Shown here: piece by piece, positions 21,404 to 29,994 of the stretch
Layout of the letters: every line of letters starts with the position of its first letter
Position numbering within the stretch: position 1 is the stretch's first letter
Source of the DNA: Desulfopila sp.
GTDB lineage: Bacteria; Desulfobacterota; Desulfobulbia; Desulfobulbales; Desulfocapsaceae
Assembly (NCBI GenBank): GCA_047973425.1
Contig: JBKEBZ010000048.1
Location: 12,258-76,257, forward strand
DNA length: 64,000 bases
Direction of reading: 5' to 3'
Notes under the pieces: generated by a model
Seen by the model: only the letters and a program-made list of their open reading frames with translations
What the model was told of the DNA's origin: nothing
Database searches by the model: none
Position numbers and translations under genes: made by a program

Positions 21404-22597
21404 ATGAACAAGCTGTTGGCTGCGGTGCTTCCGCAGGAAGGTGGGCTGGAAGTCGCGGTGGCGGGGAAATACAACCTGTCCATCGGCCTTCTGGCCCTGT
21501 TGACATTGCTCGGCGTCGCTGCCGGGGTGCATGGGCTCTATGTCGGGCATGAGCATACCTATGGGGTGAGTCGAGAGGTACCCTGGGGGATTCTCATTGC
21601 CGCCTATGTCTTTTTTGTGGTCACCTCCACCGGTCTCTGCATTGTCTCGTCGCTGGGCCATGTTTTCGGCTTTGCTAACTTCAATCCCATCGCCAAACGT
21701 GCCGTTTTTCTGTCGATTGCCACCATCGTCGCCGGTTTTCTGGTGATTGCCTTCGAGATTGAAAACAGCTGGCGGATGCCGGTGGGAAATGTGGTTGGCG
21801 CCAATCTCTCCTCCAACATCTGGTGGATGGGCACCCTGTACGGGGCCTATCTCTTTTTCATGATGATCGAATTCATCATGCTGCAGCTGGAGCGGCACAA
21901 GGTGGCGGCGGCGATTGGCCTCTGCGGCCTGCTCACCGGTATTGTGGCCCACTCCAATCTCGGAGCCGTCTTCGGCCTGCTCAACGGGCGCGAGTTCTGG
22001 CATGGGCCCTATATGCCCATCTATTTCATCGCCTCTGCGGCGATGTCCGGCTGTGTGGCCATTATCTTCTTTACCTATCTGGCCTATCTCTTCAACGGCT
22101 GGAAAATGAGCGGGGCCATGCGGAACTCGCTCGCCTCGGTGGCCAAGGTGGCCGCCCTGATGATGGCGGTAATCATTTTCTTTACCTGCTGGAAAATGAT
22201 CAGCGGTGTCACCGGCCATCCACCGGGCAAGTATGAGGCGATGATGACCCTTCTTACCGGAGAGTATGCGATGAACTTCTGGTTTGGCGAGGTTGCCCTG
22301 GGTATGGTCATACCTTTTGTCATCATCCTGGCCGTACGGGCAAACAGTATGCCCGCCCTTTTCCTGGCCTCGCTGGCCGGCATGATCGGCATCTTCTTCA
22401 TGCGGTATGACCTGGTGATCGTGGGGCAGCTGGTTTCGCCGTTTCACGGGATGGGGCTTATCGAGTATCCGGTCTTGAATACCTATGTGCCGAGCCTGCA
22501 TGAGAATCTGGTGGTTCTTGGCGGCGTGGGGTTTTGCGGCCTCCTTTTTCTTCTGGGGGAGAAGCTGTTTCGTGGCCATCTCTCCGAACACCACTGA
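21404..22597 (+). CDS. NrfD/PsrC-family membrane quinol-interacting subunit (paralogue 1)
   Basis: REVPWGILIAAYVFF and SSNIWWMG motifs; about 10 TM; GAGGAG RBS. Confidence 0.9.
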   Translation: MNKLLAAVLPQEGGLEVAVAGKYNLSIGLLALLTLLGVAAGVHGLYVGHEHTYGVSREVPWGILIAAYVFFVVTSTGLCIVSSLGHVFGFANFNPIAKRAVFLSIATIVAGFLVIAFEIENSWRMPVGNVVGANLSSNIWWMGTLYGAYLFFMMIEFIMLQLERHKVAAAIGLCGLLTGIVAHSNLGAVFGLLNGREFWHGPYMPIYFIASAAMSGCVAIIFFTYLAYLFNGWKMSGAMRNSLASVAKVAALMMAVIIFFTCWKMISGVTGHPPGKYEAMMTLLTGEYAMNFWFGEVALGMVIPFVIILAVRANSMPALFLASLAGMIGIFFMRYDLVIVGQLVSPFHGMGLIEYPVLNTYVPSLHENLVVLGGVGFCGLLFLLGEKLFRGHLSEHH

Positions 22598-22699
22598 GAC
22601 CCGTCACCACGAAAACGATACGTCCCGGTCTGGCATGAGCCAAACAGAAGCGATCTCGTCGAGATGCTTCTTTGCAGAGTGGACAACCTGGAGAGCGGA

Positions 22700-23455
22700 A
22701 TGAGAATTGATGAGTTGGAGCAGTTGGCAAGTGAAGACTTGTCGACCATTACCTCGGCAGAACGGCGAAAATTCCTGAAGATGGGGCTGGCGATTACCGG
22801 CTTGTATCTTGGCGGTTCGGTGCTCTCGCTTGGTTCGGTTCGCCGGGCCGTTGCCGATTCCGGTGTTGTGCCTGAGCCGGGTCAGTATCCTTACAATCCC
22901 CATTACAGCATGGTCCTTCGCGAGCGGCGATGCATCGATTGTGAGCGGTGCAAGGAGGCCTGCGTCAAAACCAACGATGTGCCGGCTTACGGCTACCGTA
23001 CCACCATCTTAGAGCGGCGGCGCAGCCTCACCGGCGGCGAATACGAGACGACCTTCATGCCGGTGCTCTGCAATCACTGCAACCGGCCTCCATGCGTACG
23101 GGTCTGTCCGACGACCGCCACCTATAAGGACAAGAAGACCGGTATCGTGATGATGAATTCGAGTCGCTGCATTGGCTGTAAGACCTGCATGACCGCCTGC
23201 CCTTACAATGCTCGCTACTTTAAGGAAGAGATTCGCGCTGTGGATAAGTGCGATTTCTGCTTTGATAGCAGGCTCTCCAAAGGTTTGAAGGACACGGCCT
23301 GCGTTGAAGCCTGTCCGGCGGATGCCCGGGTCTTCGGTGATCTGGCCGACCCCAAGAGTCGGGTTTTCAAACTGATCCATGCTCCGGACACCATGGTCTG
23401 GGTGCTGCGGCCAGAGACGGGCGCGCTGCCAAATATCTATTATATCAACGCCTGA
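22700..23455 (+). CDS. Tat-exported 4x[4Fe-4S] protein (NrfC/DsrO/PsrB-like)
   Basis: ERRKFLK twin-Arg signal; CIDCERCKEAC, CNHCNRPPCVRVCP, CIGCKTCMTACP, CDFC..CVEACP. Confidence 0.92.
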   Translation: MRIDELEQLASEDLSTITSAERRKFLKMGLAITGLYLGGSVLSLGSVRRAVADSGVVPEPGQYPYNPHYSMVLRERRCIDCERCKEACVKTNDVPAYGYRTTILERRRSLTGGEYETTFMPVLCNHCNRPPCVRVCPTTATYKDKKTGIVMMNSSRCIGCKTCMTACPYNARYFKEEIRAVDKCDFCFDSRLSKGLKDTACVEACPADARVFGDLADPKSRVFKLIHAPDTMVWVLRPETGALPNIYYINA

Positions 23456-23514
23456 GAGGGACTGACTCGACGCCACTTGCCGGTTTGTCGTTGTTGATTT
23501 TCAAGGAGAACGTT

Positions 23515-23940
23515 ATGAAGAACATCCTGCTCGCTATGGTTCTTGGTCTTGTCGTCACGGCCGGTACAGTGCTCAAGGCGGCTGACAGTCAGACTGGCGC
23601 CGATGACTATGATGAAGACACCTACGGCCCCCAGGCGCCGATCGTCTGGACCAAGCCTGTGGAGACCGTGGTCTTCGAGCATAAGGTCCACACCATGGAT
23701 GCCGGGCTCGACTGTGATTCCTGTCACGATGACATCTTTACCATGGAGGCCGGAGCAGCCGAGGAAAACGATGATTTCACCATGGCTTCCCTTTACGAGG
23801 GGAACTACTGTGGTGCCTGTCATGACGGTTCCACCGCCTTTGCCTCCGATACCCGCTGTACCACCTGCCATATCGGCGTTCGTGGCCAGGCACGGTTGCT
23901 GGCCGATGAACAGCAGCACCAGGAAAAGAGCAACCACTGA
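23515..23940 (+). CDS. Periplasmic c7-type triheme cytochrome c
   Basis: Signal peptide; FEHKVH; three CxxCH (CDSCH, CGACH, CTTCH); AAGGAG RBS. Confidence 0.9.
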   Translation: MKNILLAMVLGLVVTAGTVLKAADSQTGADDYDEDTYGPQAPIVWTKPVETVVFEHKVHTMDAGLDCDSCHDDIFTMEAGAAEENDDFTMASLYEGNYCGACHDGSTAFASDTRCTTCHIGVRGQARLLADEQQHQEKSNH

Positions 23941-24077
23941 AGCCGTCCCGCTCGCTGTTCGCTCTGCCGTTGTCGGCAGGCAGCCTGCCAGGGGGTACAC
24001 CCTCGCCCCTGCAAACCTCTTTGTTCCCGTTTTTGCCCGCGATCGTCGTGATGATGGTTGCGGGTTTTTTTATGGAT

Positions 24078-24174
24078 TTTATCCGAAAATCGTCAGCACG
24101 GAAAATTCCTTTACCGGGGCGACGATTTTCCTGTCTCGTTGAGGCTGAGGCTTTCTGGTCCAGCCATGCTGGTT
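24078..24174 (+). repeat. Family B hairpin element
   Basis: TT-TATCCGAAAATC...GATTTTC...CCAGCCATGCTGG-TT. Confidence 0.85.
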
Positions 24175-24472
24175 TATAGTCCATTATGGTCATCCCGGGT
24201 TTCTCGTCAACCGTGGGTGCATGTGTTGGCGTTTTGCTATGGACAAGACGTCTTATGAGCAATTCGGGACTGTACTGATTTCTGGGCGTAAATTGCGCCT
24301 TCCTCCCTTCCCTGTGGGTACCCTCCTGTAAATACGGTAATTTTTTCAAGAGAAACCGTAGTCATGGCCCTGGCGTCTGGCCAGCAATTACCAGTCTCTA
24401 CCCGGTGCAGCTGTCAGGGTTATGTCGATTTTGTTCAATATCCCCCTAGATTAGCATACTCCTCTCTGTAAT

Positions 24473-24526
24473 GACGCAGAATGCGCAGTCCGCTGACCGC
24501 ATGAAGACGCAAAATGCGTCTTCATG
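24473..24526. promoter_or_regulatory. Tandem palindromic sites GACGCA-N3-TGCG(T/C)(C/A), candidate enhancer (UAS)
   Basis: Sites at 24473-24487 and 24506-24520, 33 bp apart; second extends to CATGAAGACGCA-AAA-TGCGTCTTCATG. Confidence 0.6.
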
Positions 24527-24638
24527 GGAAGACGAGAGGACAATTTTCCGGTGATATCCTGCTTGGTCAATATAAAATACTATTGAATAACAGTTGGTTG
24601 CGTGTTGCGTGTAGGCGATGGAACTGCAAAATTTCCCA

Positions 24639-24654
24639 TGGCATGCTCTTTGCT
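24639..24654 (+). promoter_or_regulatory. Sigma54 (-24/-12) promoter
   Basis: TGGCAT-GCTCT-TTGCT, near-consensus with exact spacing. Confidence 0.75.
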
Positions 24655-24711
24655 ATTTTTTTGTGTAAGCGAAAATGGGCTGACGATAGACGATTCAACC
24701 TGAGGATGATC

Positions 24712-24933
24712 ATGATGACGATAACCCAATGTCTGGAAAAGGCGGCAGTACCTCGAACAGAGCGGCATGCTTTGGCCGCAGTGCTGGCGAAGATTTCCGA
24801 GATCTTCTGGTTCACTGTTGCCTTGCTGCTCTTTATGGTGCTTGGCCCCTTTGCCACTCCGGTGGTTCTGATGGCGATATTTGGCCTGGCCGGTAGCTAT
24901 CGGGGCGAGGCCGAACCTGAATCGATATCGTAG
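24712..24933 (+). CDS. Small membrane protein (about 73 aa), unknown function
   Basis: GAGGA RBS; hydrophobic hairpin FWFTVALLLFMVLGPFATPVVLMAIFGLA; between sigma54 promoter and nrfD2. Confidence 0.65.
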   Translation: MMTITQCLEKAAVPRTERHALAAVLAKISEIFWFTVALLLFMVLGPFATPVVLMAIFGLAGSYRGEAEPESIS

Positions 24934-24987
24934 GGTCTCTTTATCGGTTTTGCGACAACTGACTGTACTTGCTAGGGAGTGAGAAAA

Positions 24988-26175
24988 ATGGCAAAGGATA
25001 TGACGATAGCGACGGTTCAACAGACCGGGGCAAGGACGTTCCGGCTGGATATTTACATGATGATCTCCTTGGCGATGATCGCCATTGGCCTTGGCGCTGC
25101 CATCTACGCCCAGTATGTGGGCCATCACCAGGCCTTTGCCAATACCCGGGAGATACCCTGGGGCCTGATGATCGGGGTTTATGCCTACCTGGCTATCATC
25201 TCCACCGGATTGTGTCTGATGGCGGCCATCAGTCATGCCTTTCATCTGCGGTCACTCCTCCCCTTGGCCAACCGGATGGTCTGGCTGTCGATCATCTTTT
25301 TGTTCGGGGCGTTTTTCGTTATCGGCGCCGAGGTGGAGAACCCCTGGCGGATGCCGCTCAATCTGGTTATCCATCCTAATCTGACCTCAAATATCTGGTG
25401 GATGGGAACCTTGTACGGTCTGGCGGTGACGCTATTGGTCGTGGAATTCTATCTTCTCGTCACCAGACGGTTTGCGATGGCGGTCGTTCTCGGTATGGTG
25501 GGGGCCGTGGCGGAAATGCTGGCCAATACCAACCTCGGCTCGGTGTTCGCTTCACTCAGTGCCCGACCGTTCTGGTATGGTTCGCAGCTGCCCATCTTCT
25601 TTCTGGCCAGTGCCCTGCTGTCTGGTGCGGCGGCGGTGGTGGTCTGTACCTTCTATGCTCATAGCATCGGTAAGCGGCCGCTGGCAGGGGGTACCCTCCA
25701 GGGCTTATGGGCGGCCGGCAAAATTATGGTGCTGATGATCTTTCTCATCCTGCTGGCCACCGTATGGAAATTTGTCAACGCCTACTGTGGCACGGAAGAC
25801 CTGCGACTCGCTGCCGATATGCTGGTTCGGGGACCTCTGGCCACGAATTTCTGGCTCTTTGAGATTGGTATCGGTCTGTTGCTGCCGTTTCTCTTGCTGT
25901 TGGCCACGAGGATGCGTTCGCCTCAGGCGTTGTCCCTTGCCGGACTCATGGTGCTGGTCGGTCAGCTCTTTTCGCGATACAACCTTGTCGTTGCCGGCCT
26001 GGCGGTGCCGCAATATCCTGGTTATGACGATCTGCCGCAGTATCTTCATTATGCCCCTTCCGTTGCGGAATATCTTCTGGTCGTCGGGGGCTTCGGGGTA
26101 ATTGGTTGTGCTTTTCTTCTGGGCGAACGCTGTTTCGCTGCCGTCTTCCACACTGAACAGACGGAGGAGGGGTGA
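24988..26175 (+). CDS. NrfD/PsrC-family membrane subunit (paralogue 2, divergent)
   Basis: REIPWGLMIGVYAY, TSNIWWMG and ARPFWYG motifs. Confidence 0.88.
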   Translation: MAKDMTIATVQQTGARTFRLDIYMMISLAMIAIGLGAAIYAQYVGHHQAFANTREIPWGLMIGVYAYLAIISTGLCLMAAISHAFHLRSLLPLANRMVWLSIIFLFGAFFVIGAEVENPWRMPLNLVIHPNLTSNIWWMGTLYGLAVTLLVVEFYLLVTRRFAMAVVLGMVGAVAEMLANTNLGSVFASLSARPFWYGSQLPIFFLASALLSGAAAVVVCTFYAHSIGKRPLAGGTLQGLWAAGKIMVLMIFLILLATVWKFVNAYCGTEDLRLAADMLVRGPLATNFWLFEIGIGLLLPFLLLLATRMRSPQALSLAGLMVLVGQLFSRYNLVVAGLAVPQYPGYDDLPQYLHYAPSVAEYLLVVGGFGVIGCAFLLGERCFAAVFHTEQTEEG

Positions 26176-26177
26176 TC

Positions 26178-26540
26178 ATGTTGCCAGATGACAAGGCGGT
26201 CTTCACCATTGGCATGGTGGCCTCGATGCTGAAAATTCATCCGCGAACGATAAGGAATTACGAGGCAAAAGGGTTGCTGCGGCCGGTACGTAAGGGAGCG
26301 TGGCGCTACTACACCATGCGGGATGTCCGCTGGATAGTCTGCCTGCGGGAGATGATTCATACCCATGGTATCAGCCTGAATGCGGTGATCAAGCTGCTGA
26401 AATATACCCCATGCTGGAATATCGTCGACTGCCCGTTCGACAAGCGGCAGCGCTGCACGACCTTTTTTTCCAATGGCCTGATTCCACAAAAAATACATCG
26501 ACTGCGACCTGGCAAAGACGCCGATGAGGCGGCGGCATAA
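26178..26540 (+). CDS. MerR/HspR-like regulator with C-terminal Cys motif
   Basis: FTIGMVASMLKIHPRTIRNYE HTH; CWNIVDCPFDKRQRC. Confidence 0.88.
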   Translation: MLPDDKAVFTIGMVASMLKIHPRTIRNYEAKGLLRPVRKGAWRYYTMRDVRWIVCLREMIHTHGISLNAVIKLLKYTPCWNIVDCPFDKRQRCTTFFSNGLIPQKIHRLRPGKDADEAAA

Positions 26541-26707
26541 CCGGACCACCGGCAGATCCGGTTTATAGCAGAACTGATGTGTTCTGCTGTGATGTTCTTT
26601 TTCCCCATCAGGGAGGTGCTGAAGTTTTTCGGTGCCTCCCTGCCTTTTTTCTCCATCCTGAAGCCCGGGTAACAATCCGGGAAGTCTTCCCCTCTTCCGC
26701 ATCTGTT

Positions 26708-26870
26708 GCTGGTCTCGTAAAAATTCCGATCTACGTCGCCCTCGGTTACAAACGACACTTTGCTGTACCATATGTAGTATCAAATTGTCGTTTGAGAAAC
26801 TACGCTCTCGTAGAGCAAAGTTTTTCCTGAGCCCATCCTGGTGGAACGTTCGACTTTTTACGCGTCTATC
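26708..26870 (+). mobile_element. MITE family A, subtype 1 (diverged copy)
   Basis: Homologous to 29371-29532; 7-bp TSD ATCTGTT. Confidence 0.8.
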
Positions 26871-27062
26871 ATCTGTTGAGATATTTCGAGTCTTTTCCAT
26901 GACGCATATTGCGTCCTTGTGCTGAACCGTTTGGCGAAGGGCGTAGAATACGCCCACTCTGGTTGTGGCCCTGCTTCTGGGTATATGTATATCTATCATG
27001 CTTATATTTTTGCGTATGTTAAAATTTCTACCGTGATTGTGAAACATATATGTGCAAATAAG

Positions 27063-27091
27063 TTGACAATAAATAGTGTCAATTATATGGT
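27063..27091 (+). promoter_or_regulatory. Sigma70 promoter overlapped by inverted repeat TTGACA-N8-TGTCAA
   Basis: TTGACA-N17-TATGGT upstream of nrfD3. Confidence 0.55.
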
Positions 27092-27206
27092 GACCTCAGA
27101 TGTGCAACCTTGCAGGCATGGCTGAGATGAAAGGCGTCGGCATGGCAGGCTCTGCTGCCAGAGCCCAGAGTTTTTTTGTTCGTTGTCGTCAGGGTTGTCT
27201 GGCAAG

Positions 27207-27303
27207 TTTATATGAAACTCATCAGCACGGAGAGATCTGTCACCGAGCCAAGGAGTTTCATGTTTCGTTGTGGCTGAGGCTATCTGGTCCAGCCATGCTG
27301 GTT
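27207..27303 (+). repeat. Family B hairpin element
   Basis: TT-TATATGAAACTC...GAGTTTC...GCTGG-TT. Confidence 0.85.
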
Positions 27304-27614
27304 AGAGAGGGTTTTGGAGAAAAGACCATTTCTGGATGCCGCAAAGGATATCGACAGCGGTAGGAGGTCGTATGGATGGAGTGTTTTTTCTGCTGATCTG
27401 GCTGGGTGGCGCCACGATCCACACCTGCCTCGAGCTGCGGTGTCGGCGCAGGGGCCGCGGAATACGGCGTCAGCCACTGCTGGAAATTCGCAATCGCGAG
27501 GATCGTTTGTGACCCAGGGACGGTTGTGCCGGCAGCGACGGTGGTGTCTCTCTATGATAACGGTCCAGTGGAGGGGCTAAAAGACAGACGGGGCGAATCC
27601 CCGAGGAGGGCAAC

Positions 27615-28808
27615 ATGAACAATCTGTTTGCGGCAGTACTGCCACAAGAAGGCGGACTGGCGGTAAAGGTCTCCGGCAGGTATCAGCTTACCTTGGCTAT
27701 GCTGGGATTGCTCACCCTGATCGGAGTGGCGGCAGGGGTACACTCGCTCTATCTCGGTCACGAGCACACCTTCGGGGTGAGCCGGGAGGTGCCCTGGGGG
27801 CTGTTGATTGCTGCCTATGTCTTTTTCGTGGTGACCTCGACCGGATTGTGCATTGTGTCGTCAGTCGGGCATGTCTTTGGTTTCAAAGGCTTCCAGCCAA
27901 TCGCCAAACGTGCTGTTTTTCTGTCGATCGCCACCATCGTCGCCGGTTTTCTGGTCATCGCCTTCGAGATTGAAAATTCCTGGCGGATGCCGGTGGCCAA
28001 CGTCGTCGGTGCCAATCTCACCTCCAACATCTGGTGGATGGGAACACTGTATGGAGCGTATCTCTTCTTCATGCTGGTCGAATTTCTGATGCTGCAGCTC
28101 AACCGGCACCGGCTGGCGCTGTCGTTCGGTCTTGCCGGGCTCATTACCGGTGTGGTGGCCCACTCCAATCTCGGGGCGGTTTTCGGCCTGCTCAACGGTC
28201 GTGAATTCTGGCACGGGCCGTACATGCCCATCTATTTTATCGTTTCGGCGGCGATGTCCGGCTGCGTTGCCATCATCTTTTTTACCTGGCTTGCCTACCG
28301 TTTCTGCGGTTGGCGGATGAGTGACGATATGCGTCGAGCCATGGACAGCGTGGCCAGAATGGGGGCGTTGATGATGGCGATTATCATCTTTTTCACCAGT
28401 TGGAAGATGATTGCCGGCATTACCGGTGATCCTCCCGGCAAGGTCGAGGCTATGGACGCTCTGCTCAGCGGTCCCTATGCGCTGAATTTCTGGCTGGGGG
28501 AAGTGGTGCTGGGGATGATTCTGCCCTTTATAATCATCATACTGGCGAAAGGACGAAGTATGACCGCGCTCTTTGTCGCCTCGGTCTCGGCTATGATCGG
28601 TATCTTTTTTATGCGGTATGACCTGGTGATTGTCGGCCAGTTGGTCCCTTCGTTTCACGGCATGGGGCTGGTGGATTATCCCGCGCTGCTCACCTATTCG
28701 CCGACTCTGCATGAGAACCTGGTGGTTCTGGGCGGCATCGGCTTCTGTGGGTTGCTGTTTCTGGCCGGGGAGAGAGTGTTTCGCGGTCACCTGTCGCAGG
28801 AGCATTAA
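27615..28808 (+). CDS. NrfD/PsrC-family membrane subunit (paralogue 3, close copy of paralogue 1)
   Basis: Same length (397 aa) as 21404-22597 with long identical stretches. Confidence 0.9.
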   Translation: MNNLFAAVLPQEGGLAVKVSGRYQLTLAMLGLLTLIGVAAGVHSLYLGHEHTFGVSREVPWGLLIAAYVFFVVTSTGLCIVSSVGHVFGFKGFQPIAKRAVFLSIATIVAGFLVIAFEIENSWRMPVANVVGANLTSNIWWMGTLYGAYLFFMLVEFLMLQLNRHRLALSFGLAGLITGVVAHSNLGAVFGLLNGREFWHGPYMPIYFIVSAAMSGCVAIIFFTWLAYRFCGWRMSDDMRRAMDSVARMGALMMAIIIFFTSWKMIAGITGDPPGKVEAMDALLSGPYALNFWLGEVVLGMILPFIIIILAKGRSMTALFVASVSAMIGIFFMRYDLVIVGQLVPSFHGMGLVDYPALLTYSPTLHENLVVLGGIGFCGLLFLAGERVFRGHLSQEH

Positions 28809-28890
28809 CATCACACCCAAAGTATCGTATAGTGGGTCCGGGTTCATTGTCAGCGGATGAGCTCGGATCAAATGTCCTTTGAGGGTGTGA

Positions 28891-29370
28891 ATGATGCAGA
28901 GAAAAGAAAAAAAGGGCGAGCCCTTTGCCAAGGACCTCCCCGTCTATTCCATTGGCGTCGCCGCGCGCCTGTTGCGGATTCATCCCCGAACACTGCGAAT
29001 CTATGAGGATGAAGGACTGATCAAGCCGAGTCGAAACGGTACCCGCAGAATGTTTTCGCAAAACGACCTGCAGTGGATCGCCTGTCTGCGTTCGGCCATT
29101 CACGAACAGGGGATCTCTATCCCCGGGATCAGGAAGTTACTGAAATTCGCCACCTGCTATGAGATCGTCGAATGCCCCGACCAGGTGGCCTGCAGTTGTG
29201 AGGCAGTGGTCGACCGGGTGGTGCCACGGGGGATCCGTCTGGCCGATGACCGAGAAGCGGCCGCCCGGATAGCAGCAGAGGAGCGGGAGCAGCGCCGACT
29301 GGCACGCGTCGCCAGAGGGGATGTCGTCAGTGTTGACGCCGACGCCACCGACAAGGTCGATATCAAGTAA
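28891..29370 (+). CDS. MerR/HspR-like regulator with C-terminal Cys motif
   Basis: YSIGVAARLLRIHPRTLRIYE HTH; CYEIVECPDQVACSC. Confidence 0.88.
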   Translation: MMQRKEKKGEPFAKDLPVYSIGVAARLLRIHPRTLRIYEDEGLIKPSRNGTRRMFSQNDLQWIACLRSAIHEQGISIPGIRKLLKFATCYEIVECPDQVACSCEAVVDRVVPRGIRLADDREAAARIAAEEREQRRLARVARGDVVSVDADATDKVDIK

Positions 29371-29532
29371 GATGGGCTCGTAAAAACCCAGATCTACTTC
29401 GTTGTAGGTCGCAAACGACACTTCGCTGTACCATATGTACTACCAAATTGTCGTTTACGACGCTACGCCTCGTATATCAGGGTTTTTCCTGAGCCCATCC
29501 TGGTGGAACATTCGACTTTTTACGAGAACATC
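29371..29532 (+). mobile_element. MITE family A, subtype 1 (162 bp)
   Basis: TIR GATGGGCTCGTAAAAA/TTTTTACGAGAACATC; 6-bp TSD AAGTAA, which includes the upstream stop codon. Confidence 0.9.
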
Positions 29533-29539
29533 AAGTAAG

Positions 29540-29616
29540 GGCGGCCTCGTAAAAAGCCCGCTCTTGCGCCGTGCAGCGGGTTCGGCGGTTCATTGTTGTG
29601 GCTTGAGCCATCTTCG
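29540..29616 (+). repeat. Truncated relic of MITE A subtype 2
   Basis: CTCGTAAAAAGCCCG...GCAGCGGG...AGCCATCTT matches the reverse complement of 20788-20950. Confidence 0.55.
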
Positions 29617-29617
29617 T

Positions 29618-29994
29618 TTTATCCGAAAATCGCCGACAAGGAGTCGTTGGCACTTCCTCGGGATTTTCATGGTTTGTCGTGGCTGCGGTACCTGGTCCAG
29701 CCATGCTGGTTTATATGAAACTCGCCGGTGCGGAAAGTTCCGTTACCGCACCGAAGAGTTTCATGTTTCGTCGTGGCTGCGGTACCTGGTCCAGCCATGC
29801 TGGTTTATGTGAAACTCGCCGGTGCGGAAAGTTCTGTTACCGCACCGAAGAGTTTCATGGTTTGTCGTGGCTGCGGTACCTGGTCCAGCCATGCTGGTTT
29901 ATATGAAGCTCGCCGGTGCGGAAAGTTCCGTTACCGCACCGAAGAGTTTCATGTTTCGTCGTGGCTGAGGCTACCTGGCCCAGCCATGCTGGTT
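29618..29994 (+). repeat. Tandem array of four family B units (about 94-bp period)
   Basis: Units joined by GCTGG-TT-TAT; units 2-4 nearly identical. Confidence 0.92.

Noticed and set aside
27037..27058. Rex operator (TTGTGAA half-site)
   Set aside because: Second half-site TTCACAA is absent
27142..27158. Sigma54 promoter upstream of nrfD3 (TGGCAGGCTCTGCTGC)
   Set aside because: GG-GC spacing is off by one base
29618..29994. CRISPR array
   Set aside because: The 'spacers' are homologous to each other and to dispersed single copies; period is about 94 bp; no cas genes in the window
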